Source: an uncultured Gemmatimonadales bacterium
GTDB lineage: Bacteria; Gemmatimonadota; Gemmatimonadetes; Gemmatimonadales; GWC2-71-9
NCBI GenBank assembly: GCA_963695555.1
Contig: CAVOGR010000007.1
Span: 672,001-736,000 of the forward strand
Direction of reading: 5' to 3'
DNA length: 64,000 bases
The notes beneath the pieces are model-generated. The model searched no databases, was not told where the DNA came from, and was given only the letters and a program-made list of their open reading frames with translations. Both the position numbers and the translations under genes were made by a program. Shown here piece after piece: positions 18,925 through 31,518 of the stretch; positions within the stretch are counted from its first letter, which is position 1, and the number at the start of each line of letters is the position of its first letter.

Positions 18925-19383
18925 TCAGTGCATCCCGGCGCGGCTACCGGCCGTCAGGGCCTCCATCACCTTCCGGTCGGCCAACCCGACATGCCGCCCG
19001 AGTTCCTGCCCGTTCCGGAAGGCCATGAGCGTCGGAATGCCGCGAATCTCGAAGCGCTGTGAGAGGGAGGGGTTGGCGTCGGTATCGACCTTGACCACGA
19101 GTACCTGCCCCTTCGAGGCCAAGGCAAACTCGTCGAGCGTGGTGGCCATCATCCGGCACGGGCCACACCAATCCGCGTAGAAATCCACCAGCACCAAAAC
19201 GTCGGTGCCCTGAATGACCCGGTCGAACTCGGTGTGGGAGATCTTGAGCGGACGGTCCAACCGCATCGGAGTGGCACAGTCACCACACTTGGGCAGGTCG
19301 GCCACCCGAGCGGCATCGACCCGATTCAGCTTGCCGCAGAATTGGCACTTGGCAATGAGAAACTGAGCCGCTGCTTCGGCCAT
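18925..19383 (-). CDS. trxC: thioredoxin 2 with N-terminal zinc finger
   Basis: CQFC...CGDC zinc ribbon, WCGPC, GIPT; GAGGAG SD. Confidence 0.92.
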   Translation of the reverse strand: MAEAAAQFLIAKCQFCGKLNRVDAARVADLPKCGDCATPMRLDRPLKISHTEFDRVIQGTDVLVLVDFYADWCGPCRMMATTLDEFALASKGQVLVVKVDTDANPSLSQRFEIRGIPTLMAFRNGQELGRHVGLADRKVMEALTAGSRAGMH

Positions 19384-19580
19384 GATGGAGGGCTCCTCGT
19401 TGGTGTGTCGTAATGGACACAATGTCACGGGGCGTGGGTCTGAAATGGGACAGGCCACCACACGGGCCAGGTGGTCCGTTCAGGGCCCGTCGGCGGGCCT
19501 GTCACCTACCCCGTTCAAGAATAACCAGTTGCGGAAGTGGGGGCCGACCTTGAAGGCCCCCATTTGGGGCGCGGAACCGC

Positions 19581-19595
19581 TGGCACTCAGGTTGC
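19581..19595 (+). promoter_or_regulatory. sigma54 -24/-12 promoter
   Basis: TGGCAC-TCAGG-TTGC, ~50 nt upstream of the GNAT start. Confidence 0.7.
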
Positions 19596-19646
19596 GTATT
19601 ATATGGTGGGAACGGGGCAGTTCGGGAACGCAGAAGGGAGAGCCGC

Positions 19647-20084
19647 ATGAGCGACGTCACCATTCGAGAGATGGAACAGGACGAGGAGTTCGCGGCCTGG
19701 TTGTCCGATCTCTTACAGGAGGAGGCGCTCACGACCGGGTCCGACTCGCTTGCGGAGGCCAAGTATCTGGCGCTCACCAACGAAATCGGCGACTGGGTCG
19801 GCGGGCTGAGCTACACCCTCCACGGTGGCGTGGCGCACCTCACGGAGATCGCCGTGGCCCCGACGGAACGACACCAGGGGCACGCCCACATGATGTTGGC
19901 TGCGTTCGAGGTCCACGCTCAAGAGAATGAGGCCCACCTGGCTGAATTCTGGACCGACGATCAGCGCTCGGAAGCGCTTCTTGCGGCCCTGGGATGGCGC
20001 GTTGTTCTGCGGCGCCCCAACTACATCGCGGGCCAGACCTGGGCGCTCATGGAGAAGCCCCTCGACGAGGGCCCGGAGGAGTAA
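19647..20084 (+). CDS. GNAT-family N-acetyltransferase
   Basis: IAVAPTERHQGHA (motif A variant), LGW; GGGAG SD. Confidence 0.8.
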   Translation: MSDVTIREMEQDEEFAAWLSDLLQEEALTTGSDSLAEAKYLALTNEIGDWVGGLSYTLHGGVAHLTEIAVAPTERHQGHAHMMLAAFEVHAQENEAHLAEFWTDDQRSEALLAALGWRVVLRRPNYIAGQTWALMEKPLDEGPEE

Positions 20085-20103
20085 TACCCCGGACAGAATA
20101 GCG

Positions 20104-20136
20104 ACGGAGGCGGCCCTGGCCGCCTCCGTTTGTCTT
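20104..20136 (+). terminator. intrinsic terminator after GNAT
   Basis: 11-bp stem ACGGAGGCGGC/GCCGCCTCCGT followed by TTGTCTT. Confidence 0.7.
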
Positions 20137-20215
20137 GTGGCCACGCCCCTGCCGCGCCCGCGGCATTCCATTAGCTTCAAGCGACGTACCAGACCACCCG
20201 CAGCAATCAGAGGGC

Positions 20216-21193
20216 ATGATGGGTTTGACCGATAGCGCCCGCCGCCTCGTGGCCAAGTTCGAGGTCCTCCAGGATCTCGAGACGAGGGTGCGCGAGCTGA
20301 TGGCGGAGCACGAGGCGAAGCGCCAACTGTGGTTTCCCTCCGAGTTGCTCGGGCCCGACGAGGGCGAGTCCCCCGAAGAGCACACCAAGGAGCTGCGGCG
20401 GCGCGCGGCGGGGATTCCCGATGCGGCGCGAACGGCCATCGCACTCAACCTGCTGACCGAAGAAGGCCTGCCGCATTTCCACCGCATGCTGGCCGTCTAT
20501 CTGGGCGACGACAGTTTCTGGCGTACGTGGAATAACCTCTGGACGGCAGAAGAAGATCGGCACGGGGTGGTGCTGCACGATTACGTCCGCGAATCACACC
20601 TGCTGGACCAGCGCGGCCTCGACAAACTCCAGTTCGAGTATCTGCGGAGCGGGTTCCACCCGGAATGGGATCGCGATCCCTACCGGGTGTTTGCCTACAC
20701 CAGCCTCCAAGAACGAGCCACCCAGCACTCGCATAGCGAGGTCGGAAAGCAAGTGGAGGAATACGAGCCACGGCTGGCCAACGTGCTCCGGCTCGTGGCG
20801 GGAGAAGAGGCGCGCCACTACAGCTTCTACCGCACGATCTTCAGCGAGATCCTGGCGCGTGATCCGAATGAGGCCCTCTACTCCGCATCGCTGATCCTGC
20901 CGTCGCTCCAAATGCCCGGCGTGAACATGCCGGGGTTCAGCAAGTTCGCCGACGTCGTGCGGCGCGCCGGGATTTATGGCCCGCGTGATTATCTCCGCAT
21001 CGCCCAAGAGCAGATCCGCCTCTGGAAGATCGATGGCCTGACCGGACTCAACGAGCTGGGCCAGAAGGCGCAGGAAAAGATCATGGCGATCCCCGAGCGG
21101 CTCAGACGTGTGGCCGACCATATCGAGCTCCGGAGCGACGCGAAGACCTTCAGTTTCGAGGTGGTGTTCAATCGTGAGTTTGCGGTTCCCTGA
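20216..21193 (+). CDS. soluble acyl-ACP desaturase (ferritin-like diiron, DesA1-like)
   Basis: TEEGLP.FH, WTAEEDRHG, QERAT..SH, EEARH. Confidence 0.9.
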   Translation: MMGLTDSARRLVAKFEVLQDLETRVRELMAEHEAKRQLWFPSELLGPDEGESPEEHTKELRRRAAGIPDAARTAIALNLLTEEGLPHFHRMLAVYLGDDSFWRTWNNLWTAEEDRHGVVLHDYVRESHLLDQRGLDKLQFEYLRSGFHPEWDRDPYRVFAYTSLQERATQHSHSEVGKQVEEYEPRLANVLRLVAGEEARHYSFYRTIFSEILARDPNEALYSASLILPSLQMPGVNMPGFSKFADVVRRAGIYGPRDYLRIAQEQIRLWKIDGLTGLNELGQKAQEKIMAIPERLRRVADHIELRSDAKTFSFEVVFNREFAVP

Positions 21194-21647
21194 TCTGCTG
21201 AAGCTTCCGGCACTCGCCCTCGCCGTGGCAGCCTTCGGGTGCGGCGGCGGAGAGAGCGCACCCCCCGCCGGGAGGGCGGCGTCCGGTGCGCCCACCGTGA
21301 CCAAGCAGGTGACCAGAGATGCCCAGGCGCTTGGTCAGGAAATCTTCGAGCTGACGGACCGGACCATGGATTATGTCGGGTCACATCGCGGCCGCCTCCC
21401 CACTTCCCTCCGCGAACTCGGGATCGACAGCCTCACGCCGGCGACCGCGCGCCATCTAATCATTCGAGACAAGATCCCGGTCATCACCGTCGAGTACCGA
21501 CGGCCCGACGGACATCAGCTCGCCGCATGCTCGGGCACCCACGAAGTCCTCGAGCAGTCACTCATTCACGGTGAGTTCCTCCTGACGTGCCGGTGGCCCT
21601 CCGGAGCAGAGGACACGCTGCGCGTGAGCCGGGAGGTCGGCCGCTGA
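21174..21647 (+). CDS. hypothetical lipoprotein (start uncertain, 21174-21198)
   Basis: KLPALALAVAAFG|C lipobox; pilin-like helix then GRLPTSLREL; two further Cys. Confidence 0.7.
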   Translation: MSLRFPDLLKLPALALAVAAFGCGGGESAPPAGRAASGAPTVTKQVTRDAQALGQEIFELTDRTMDYVGSHRGRLPTSLRELGIDSLTPATARHLIIRDKIPVITVEYRRPDGHQLAACSGTHEVLEQSLIHGEFLLTCRWPSGAEDTLRVSREVGR

Positions 21648-22228
21648 GCATCCTCGTGATCGCCCGGGCATTGGTGGCCCTGGCGCTTGTCTATGCCTCC
21701 GCCGTTGCTCTCACCGACTGGGCGATCCGCACCAAGCGGCTGAGCCCCATCGGCGGCTGGCAGCGCTTAATGCGGCGCATCAGCGAACCGGTTATCCTCC
21801 CGCTCGAGCGCCGCGTGATTCGCGCCGGAGGCAATCCCAAGGACGCGCCGTTCTGGCTGTTCGGCCTGGTGGTGGTCGGGGGCCTCGTGCTCCTCGGGCT
21901 GATCAGCTGGGCCGGGCGGCCACTCCATCGCTATGCCCGGATGTTCGCTGCGGGCCCCGGCGGCTGGATGCTGGCACTGGTCGAGATTACGTACACGGTG
22001 CTCACCGTGGCCCTCTTCATCCGGGTGATCGGCACCTGGATCGGGGCCGGAGAGTTCGGCGGGGTGATGCGGCCGGTGCGCAAGCTCACCGACTGGATCG
22101 TCGAGCCCATCCAGCGGGTTCTGCCGCCGTTCGGCATGTTCGACTTGAGTCCCCTTGCCGCCTGGCTCCTGATTCTCTTGGCCCGGACGCTCATGGTGGC
22201 CATCATCACACCGCTCCTGCCCCATTGA
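21644..22228 (+). CDS. YggT-family membrane protein (two repeats)
   Basis: ISEPVILPLER and LTDWIVEPIQRVLPPFGMFDLSPL. Confidence 0.9.
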   Translation: MSILVIARALVALALVYASAVALTDWAIRTKRLSPIGGWQRLMRRISEPVILPLERRVIRAGGNPKDAPFWLFGLVVVGGLVLLGLISWAGRPLHRYARMFAAGPGGWMLALVEITYTVLTVALFIRVIGTWIGAGEFGGVMRPVRKLTDWIVEPIQRVLPPFGMFDLSPLAAWLLILLARTLMVAIITPLLPH

Positions 22229-22518
22229 ACCCAATCAGCGCCACCCGGGACGGCGTCTCCATCCGGGTCCACATTCAACCCCGTGCCTCACGAACCGAAG
22301 TCCTTGGCCTTCATGGCGACGCCCTCAAGATCCGCCTGGCCGCGGCCCCGGTGGATGGGGCCGCCAACGACGCCTTGATCCGACTACTAGCCTCGCTCCT
22401 CGGCGTACCCCGGTCGGCCGTCATTGTCACGAGCGGGCGGTCGGGACGCCGCAAGATGGTCAGCGCGGCGGGAGTGACCCCGTCCCAGGTTGCAGAGGCC
22501 CTAGGCCTCGAACTCTGA
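22225..22518 (+). CDS. DUF167/YggU family protein
   Basis: VHIQPRAS, LKIRLAAAPVDGAAN, G..GRRK. Confidence 0.92.
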   Translation: MNPISATRDGVSIRVHIQPRASRTEVLGLHGDALKIRLAAAPVDGAANDALIRLLASLLGVPRSAVIVTSGRSGRRKMVSAAGVTPSQVAEALGLEL

Positions 22519-22580
22519 CCGCGTGGCGCGGGCCTTGATTCGAGGCCCAGACGATGTAGACTGTACGATACAATCGAGTC

Positions 22581-22635
22581 GTCCGTGGTGATTTGCGCAG
22601 CTTGCGGCCACGCTAAACAAACCGCTAAAACGCCC
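22581..22635 (+). ncRNA. SAM-II (SAM-alpha) riboswitch aptamer
   Basis: P1 CGTGG(22584-88)/CCACG(22608-12); conserved TGATTT; TTGCGG pairs with CCGC(T)AA; P2a GCG/CGC; GCTAAA pocket; directly upstream of metH. Confidence 0.88.
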
Positions 22636-22637
22636 GG

Positions 22638-22664
22638 CCCGGAGCGCTTTAGCTTCGGGTTCTT
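22638..22664 (+). terminator. riboswitch-associated terminator hairpin
   Basis: CCCGGAGC-gcttta-GCTTCGGG followed by TTCTT; mutually exclusive with 22624-33/22644-53 pairing. Confidence 0.65.
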
Positions 22665-22682
22665 GCATTGTAGGAGTCACCG

Positions 22683-22738
22683 TTGACCGAGTCTTTCGAG
22701 CCAATCCTGCTGCCGGCCGCACCTGGCCACCCCGCTCC

Positions 22739-22748
<10 letters not shown>
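22683..22748 (+). CDS. putative 21-aa leader ORF coupled to metH
   Basis: TAGGAG SD at 22671-76, TTG start, TGA overlaps in-frame metH GTG 22745 (GTGA). Confidence 0.4.
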
Positions 22749-26470
<3,722 letters not shown>

Positions 26471-26487
<17 letters not shown>

Positions 26488-28326
26488 GCTGCTCGACGAC
26501 GGTCGCGTCCATGTGATGGACGGCGCCATGGGTACCGAGCTCTACAACCGGGGGTTCTTCGTCAACGTGTGCTACGACGAGCTGAACCTCACCGAGCCCG
26601 ACCTGGTCCGCGAGGTACACGAAGCGTACGTCGCCGCCGGAGCCGAGATCATCGAGACCAACACGTTCGGGGCCAATCCGGTCAAGCTGTCGAGCTTCGG
26701 GTTGGACGAGCGTACCGAAGAAGTCAATCGCGCCGCGGTGCTCATCGCTCGCGCCGCGGTTCGCGGACGGGCCAGCGTGGTCGGCGCCATCGGCCCACTC
26801 GGCATCCGAATCGAGCCCTGGGGCCCGACATCCAGGGAAGAAGCCCGTGCCTTCTTTGCCCGTCAGGTGCGCGGTCTGCTCGAGGGCGAGGTCGACGGTT
26901 TTCTGCTCGAGACCTTCAGCGATCTCGATGAACTCCGCCAGGCCCTGCACGCTGTCCGTGACGCGAGCGACCTGCCGGTGATTGCGCAGGTGACCATCGG
27001 AGCCGACGAGAACACCACGTTCGGCACGTCGGTCGAGACCGTCGCCACCCGGCTCACCGAGTGGGGCGCCGACGTGGTCGGCCTCAACTGCTCCGTCGGC
27101 CCGGCCGTCATGCTCGACGCCATCGAACGGATGGCCGAGGTAACCGACCGGCCGCTCTCGGCACAGCCCAACGCCGGGCTGCCTCGCGCCGTGGGCGATC
27201 GTCAGCATGTACTTGGCGAGCCCGGAGTACATGGCCCAATACGCCAAGCGCATGATTCAGGCGGGTGCCCGCTTCGTGGGGGGATGTTGCGGTACGACCC
27301 CGGAGCACATCAAGAAGATTGCAGGCCACGTCGCGAGCCTCCAACCACGGCTCACCACCGTGTCCACCCCCACCGCGGAGCATGCGGCGCATCGAGTGGA
27401 GCCGGTTCCCCTCGCCAGTCGATCGGCCTGGGGCCGGAAGCTTGCCACGGGCGAGTTCGTGACCAGCGTCGAGATCCTGCCACCCAAGGGCTGGGATGCC
27501 ACTCCCATGCTCGAGGCGTGCCGGTCGCTCGCCGCATGCGGCGTCGATGCATTGAACGTGGTCGACACCCCGCGGGCGCAGAGCCGCATGGGGGCGCTGC
27601 CTGCCGCGCTCATTATCCAGAGCAAATTGGGTCTCGAAACGGTACTCCACTACACGTGCCGCGACCGCAACATGCTCGGCATGCTGAGCGACCTGCTCGG
27701 CGCGGCCGCAGGCGGTCTCCACAACCTCTTGCTCGTCACCGGTGACCCGCCGACCATGGGGCCCTACCCCGACTCCACGGCCGTGTTCGACATCGACAGC
27801 ATCGGACTCACGAACGTGGCGCACCGGCTGAACCAGGGGCTCGACCCGGGCGGTAACCCGATCGGCGCGCCAACCGAGTTCGTCGTGGGAGTGGCGCTCA
27901 ACCAGAGCGCTTCCGACCTGGAGCGGGAAGTGAGTCGCTACGCGTGGAAGGTCGATGCCGGCGCGGAGTTCGCGGTCACCCAGCCGGTGTTCGAACCGGC
28001 ACGAACTCGAGGCGTTCCTCGAGCGCATCGCCGACCGGGCCATTCCCATCATTGCCGGTATCTGGCCGCTCACGTCGCTTCGGAGCGCGGAGTTCCTGGA
28101 GAACGAGGTACCCGGGGTCCATGTGCCGGCGCCGCTCATCGATCGCATGCGCGCGGCGCAGGAACGGGGTCCCGAGTCGGCCCGGGCGGAAGGTGTCGCG
28201 ATCGCCTGCGAGGTGTTCGAGCGGGTTCGCGGATTGGTGCAGGGGATCCACGTGAGCGCACCGTTCGGCCGGGTCGAGCCGGCCCGGGCGGTACTCGAGC
28301 GGATCAGCGCTCCAGCGTCTCCATGA
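26471..28326 (+). CDS. yitJ: bifunctional homocysteine S-methyltransferase / 5,10-methylene-THF reductase (YitJ-type); +1 frameshifts at ~27205 and ~27998
   Basis: [20 protein letters not shown], then [33 protein letters not shown]. Confidence 0.88.
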
Positions 28327-29182
28327 TGCGGCGGTAGCGCCGGTCCACGCCGCCGAAGCCCAGATTGCTCACATAGACCTTGGTTGCGCCGAGGTCGCGC
28401 AATGCCTGGATGGTGCGCACGCACATCTCCTCGGCCGTGACTCCGGCCTCGAACTCGCGCGTCACCGCTTCGGCGGGCACCGGCAAAAATGTGGCGAGCC
28501 GAGCCAGGGTCTTCGGGTTGGCGCTGCGATAGGCGAAGACACCGAACACCATCGGCAACTGCACGCCCCGCTGCGCGGCTCGATTCAAGAACCGCTCCAC
28601 CACCCCCAGCTCGTGATGTGACACGATCTGAGTCAGGAAGAAGTCGGCGGCGAAGCTCTCCTCGAGCAGGAAATCGACCTGCTCGTCGGGGTCGCGATGC
28701 GGATTGGACCATCCGCCGAGCCGCAGACCGGGAACCCGCTCGCGCAGCACCCGCCGGAGGGCCGAGGCGTGGGGCACGCAGCGCGGAGGTCCGACGGTCC
28801 GGTCGCCCCCGACCACGGTGAGCGCCTGGAATCCGAACGAGGCGGCCCGGGTCGCGTGCAGCACGCAGTAGTCGAGCGAATGCTTGCAAGTCAGGAACGG
28901 CACCACGATCGCGGGATCGACGTCCGTTGCCAGGTTCGCCGTCAGGTGCGCCAGGTTCTCCTCCTCGGACTGCCCCACCGCATTGTCCGTGAGGAAGATC
29001 AGCGTGTCCTGCCGGGCCAGCCGCTGGATGGAGTGGTACATGTCGATCCAGACGTCCATGCTCTCGGCGTAGGACATCCCGCTCCGCGGCGGGCGGAGCT
29101 CGACCGCGACCAGGGGACGATCGTCTCGAAGGCGGTCGAGGAATCGAGACTGGGGTGGCACAGGGGCCTGGGGCATCGCCAT
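28304..29182 (-). CDS. divergent methylenetetrahydrofolate reductase-like protein
   Basis: VELRPP, TDN, FLTC, VGGD, FLTQ correspond to the MTHFR barrel motifs. Confidence 0.75.
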   Translation of the reverse strand: MAMPQAPVPPQSRFLDRLRDDRPLVAVELRPPRSGMSYAESMDVWIDMYHSIQRLARQDTLIFLTDNAVGQSEEENLAHLTANLATDVDPAIVVPFLTCKHSLDYCVLHATRAASFGFQALTVVGGDRTVGPPRCVPHASALRRVLRERVPGLRLGGWSNPHRDPDEQVDFLLEESFAADFFLTQIVSHHELGVVERFLNRAAQRGVQLPMVFGVFAYRSANPKTLARLATFLPVPAEAVTREFEAGVTAEEMCVRTIQALRDLGATKVYVSNLGFGGVDRRYRRIMETLER

Positions 29183-29218
29183 AACCTAATATGCCCGAGC
29201 GAGATGACCCCCGGGTAA

Positions 29219-29247
29219 TTGAACCCGCTCAACGGACCGGGTATTAT
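29219..29247 (+). promoter_or_regulatory. sigma70-like promoter for acyl-CoA dehydrogenase
   Basis: TTGAAC-N17-TATTAT. Confidence 0.6.
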
Positions 29248-29303
29248 CACGCCCAGGCTCGAATCTCCAGGACCACGCGGTCCTGCCATCAGAAAGCGTC
29301 CTC

Positions 29304-30471
29304 ATGACTACTGGCCTAGCTGACGTACCCGTTCCCCTCACCAAGCTCTCCGAAGAAGAGGTCCTCTTTAAGGAAACCGTGCGCGAGTTTGCGGAGACCG
29401 AGATCCGGCCGCACGTCACGGCCATGGACGAGGCCGCGGAGTTCAACCTCGATATTCTGCCCAAGTTCTTCGCGCTCGGCCTCATGGGAATCGAGGTTCC
29501 CAGAGCAACATGGCGGCGCGGGCGGGAGCTTCTCCCTCGCGACCCTCGCCATCGAGGAGCTGGCCCGGGTGGACGCCTCGGCCTCGATCTACGTCGATGT
29601 CCACAACACCCTGGTCAACAATTGCGTGCTTCGCTGGGGCAACGAAGAGCAGCATGCACGGTATCTGCCACGCCTCGCCGGCGACACCTTGGGTGCGTTT
29701 GCCCTGTCCGAAGCCGGCAGCGGCAGCGACGCCTTTGCCCTAGCCTGCAAGGCCGACCAGAAGGGCGATCATTGGGAACTCACCGGCCAGAAGCTTTGGA
29801 TCACCAACGGCGCGGAAGCGGGTCTCTACATCGTATTCGCCAACACCGATTTCTCTCAGGGCTATAAGGGCATCACCGCCTTCCTGGTCGAGCGTGATTT
29901 CGAAGGGTTTTCGGTCGGGAAGCGCGAGAAGAAGCTCGGCATCCGCGCCTCCAGCACCACGGAACTCATCCTCGAGAACTGCAAGGTGCCGAAGGAGAAC
30001 GTGCTCGGCCCGGTGGGCAAGGGCTACAAGATTTCGATCGAGACGCTGAACGAGGGCCGGATCGGAATCGGGGCCCAGATGATCGGCATCGCCAAGGGCG
30101 CCCTCGAGGCCGCGACCCAGTTCTGCAAGGAACGGGAGCAATTCGGCAAGCCCGTCGCCGAGTTCCAGGGGGTGCAGTTCCAGCTAGCCCAGATGGACAC
30201 CGAACTCGAGGCCGCGCGTCTCACGGTCTACAACGCCGCGCGGCTCAAGGACGCGGGTCTACCCTTCGTACGCGAAGCTGCCATCGCCAAGCTGTTCAGC
30301 TCCCAGGTAGCGGAGCGGGTCACCTCGGTCTGCGTCGACCTGTTCGGCGGCTACGGATATTCCCGGGAGTATCCGGTGGAGAAGTTCTATCGCGACGCCA
30401 AGATCGGCACCATCTACGAGGGCACCAGCAACATGCAGTTGCAGACCATTGCGAAGATGATGCTGAAGTAG
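29304..30471 (+). CDS. acyl-CoA dehydrogenase, short/branched-chain type; +1 frameshift at ~29502
   Basis: FALSEAGSGSD, KLWITNG, KLGIRASST, REQFG, GGYGY, IYEGTSN. Confidence 0.93.
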
Positions 30472-30499
30472 GGACTAGGGAGTAGGAGTAGGGAGTAGG
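30468..30499 (+). repeat. short tandem heptamer repeat, (G/C)TAGGGA x ~4.5
   Basis: gtaggga ctaggga gtagga gtaggga gtagg. Confidence 0.8.
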
Positions 30500-30501
30500 T
30501 G

Positions 30502-30533
30502 AGCGGGGCGACGTAAGCCGCCCCGCTTTGTTG
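30502..30533 (+). terminator. intrinsic terminator
   Basis: AGCGGGGCG-loop-CGCCCCGCT followed by TTGTTG. Confidence 0.75.
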
Positions 30534-30612
30534 TCGTAGTACTGGAGGACGACCCGGTGGCGGCCACGACGCGGGCAGAATAGAATCCACCATCACTCTT
30601 CCAGAGGACACC

Positions 30613-31518
30613 ATGCGGAGGACACTAGCGGCGTTTGCCGTCTTCCTGACCCTCGGGTGCGCGAGGCAGGACACCCCGGCCCCGAAGGTACTGCTCATCG
30701 GGCTCGACGGCGTGCGGGTCGACGTCCTCGCCGCCGCCTCGACCCCCGTCATCGATTCGCTGATTGCCGGGGGTTTCTTCAGCGATAGCGCCATCACCCG
30801 CCAACGGACCGTGAGCGGGCCCGGGTGGAGCAGCATGCTGACCGGCGCCGGGCAGGACAAGCACCGGGTGCGGAACAACGATTTCCGGAACAACGCCTAC
30901 CCCTCCTACCCGGACTTCCTGACCCGCCTCGAGCAGATCGACACAGCCTACACCACGCTCGCTGTCGTCGATTGGCCGCCACTGGGGGATACGACCGACG
31001 GCGGACCCCTGATCGGCGATGCGGTCGACACCAAGATCCTGATCAACGGCGACGCAGAAGAGTACGACCGGGCCGACTCGCTGAGCGTCGTGGCCGCAAT
31101 CGACCACCTGGCCGACCCCGCCCTCGACGCGGCGTTCGTCTACCTCGGCAACATCGACGTCGTGGGACACGAGACCAGCTCGCTCTCGGCCGAGTACCGT
31201 GCGGCGGTCGAGACGGCGGACCGCCAGGTGGGCATGCTGCTCGACGCGCTCCGACGGCGGCCCGAGTACGCCCGGGAAGATTGGCTCATCCTTCTTTCGA
31301 CCGACCACGGGCGCACCGATGACGGCGGCCACGGAGGCGAGTCACCAGCGGAACGGAATATCTTCTTCTTGGCATCCGGACCGTCCGTCCGTGCCGGCCC
31401 AATCGAAGGCGTACCGCACATCGTCGATGTGGCCGTCACGGCCCTCACCCACCTCGGTGTCGCAATCGACCCGGCGTGGGGGTTGGATGGACGGGCGATC
31501 GGATTACGGGCTCGTTAG
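30613..31518 (+). CDS. alkaline-phosphatase-superfamily (nucleotide pyrophosphatase/phosphodiesterase-like) lipoprotein
   Basis: LTLG|C lipobox; LIGLDG, TVSGPGW, D..GH, TDHG metal motifs. Confidence 0.85.
   Translation: MRRTLAAFAVFLTLGCARQDTPAPKVLLIGLDGVRVDVLAAASTPVIDSLIAGGFFSDSAITRQRTVSGPGWSSMLTGAGQDKHRVRNNDFRNNAYPSYPDFLTRLEQIDTAYTTLAVVDWPPLGDTTDGGPLIGDAVDTKILINGDAEEYDRADSLSVVAAIDHLADPALDAAFVYLGNIDVVGHETSSLSAEYRAAVETADRQVGMLLDALRRRPEYAREDWLILLSTDHGRTDDGGHGGESPAERNIFFLASGPSVRAGPIEGVPHIVDVAVTALTHLGVAIDPAWGLDGRAIGLRAR

Noticed and set aside
17053..22574. Identical 11-mer TACGATACAAT at 17053-63 and 22564-74
   Set aside because: Both include a plausible -10 hexamer (TACAAT); only two copies upstream of unrelated genes, so no shared regulator can be claimed
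22519..22738. Cobalamin or SAM-I riboswitch upstream of metH
   Set aside because: No B12-box or SAM-I core motifs seen; the region is explained by SAM-II
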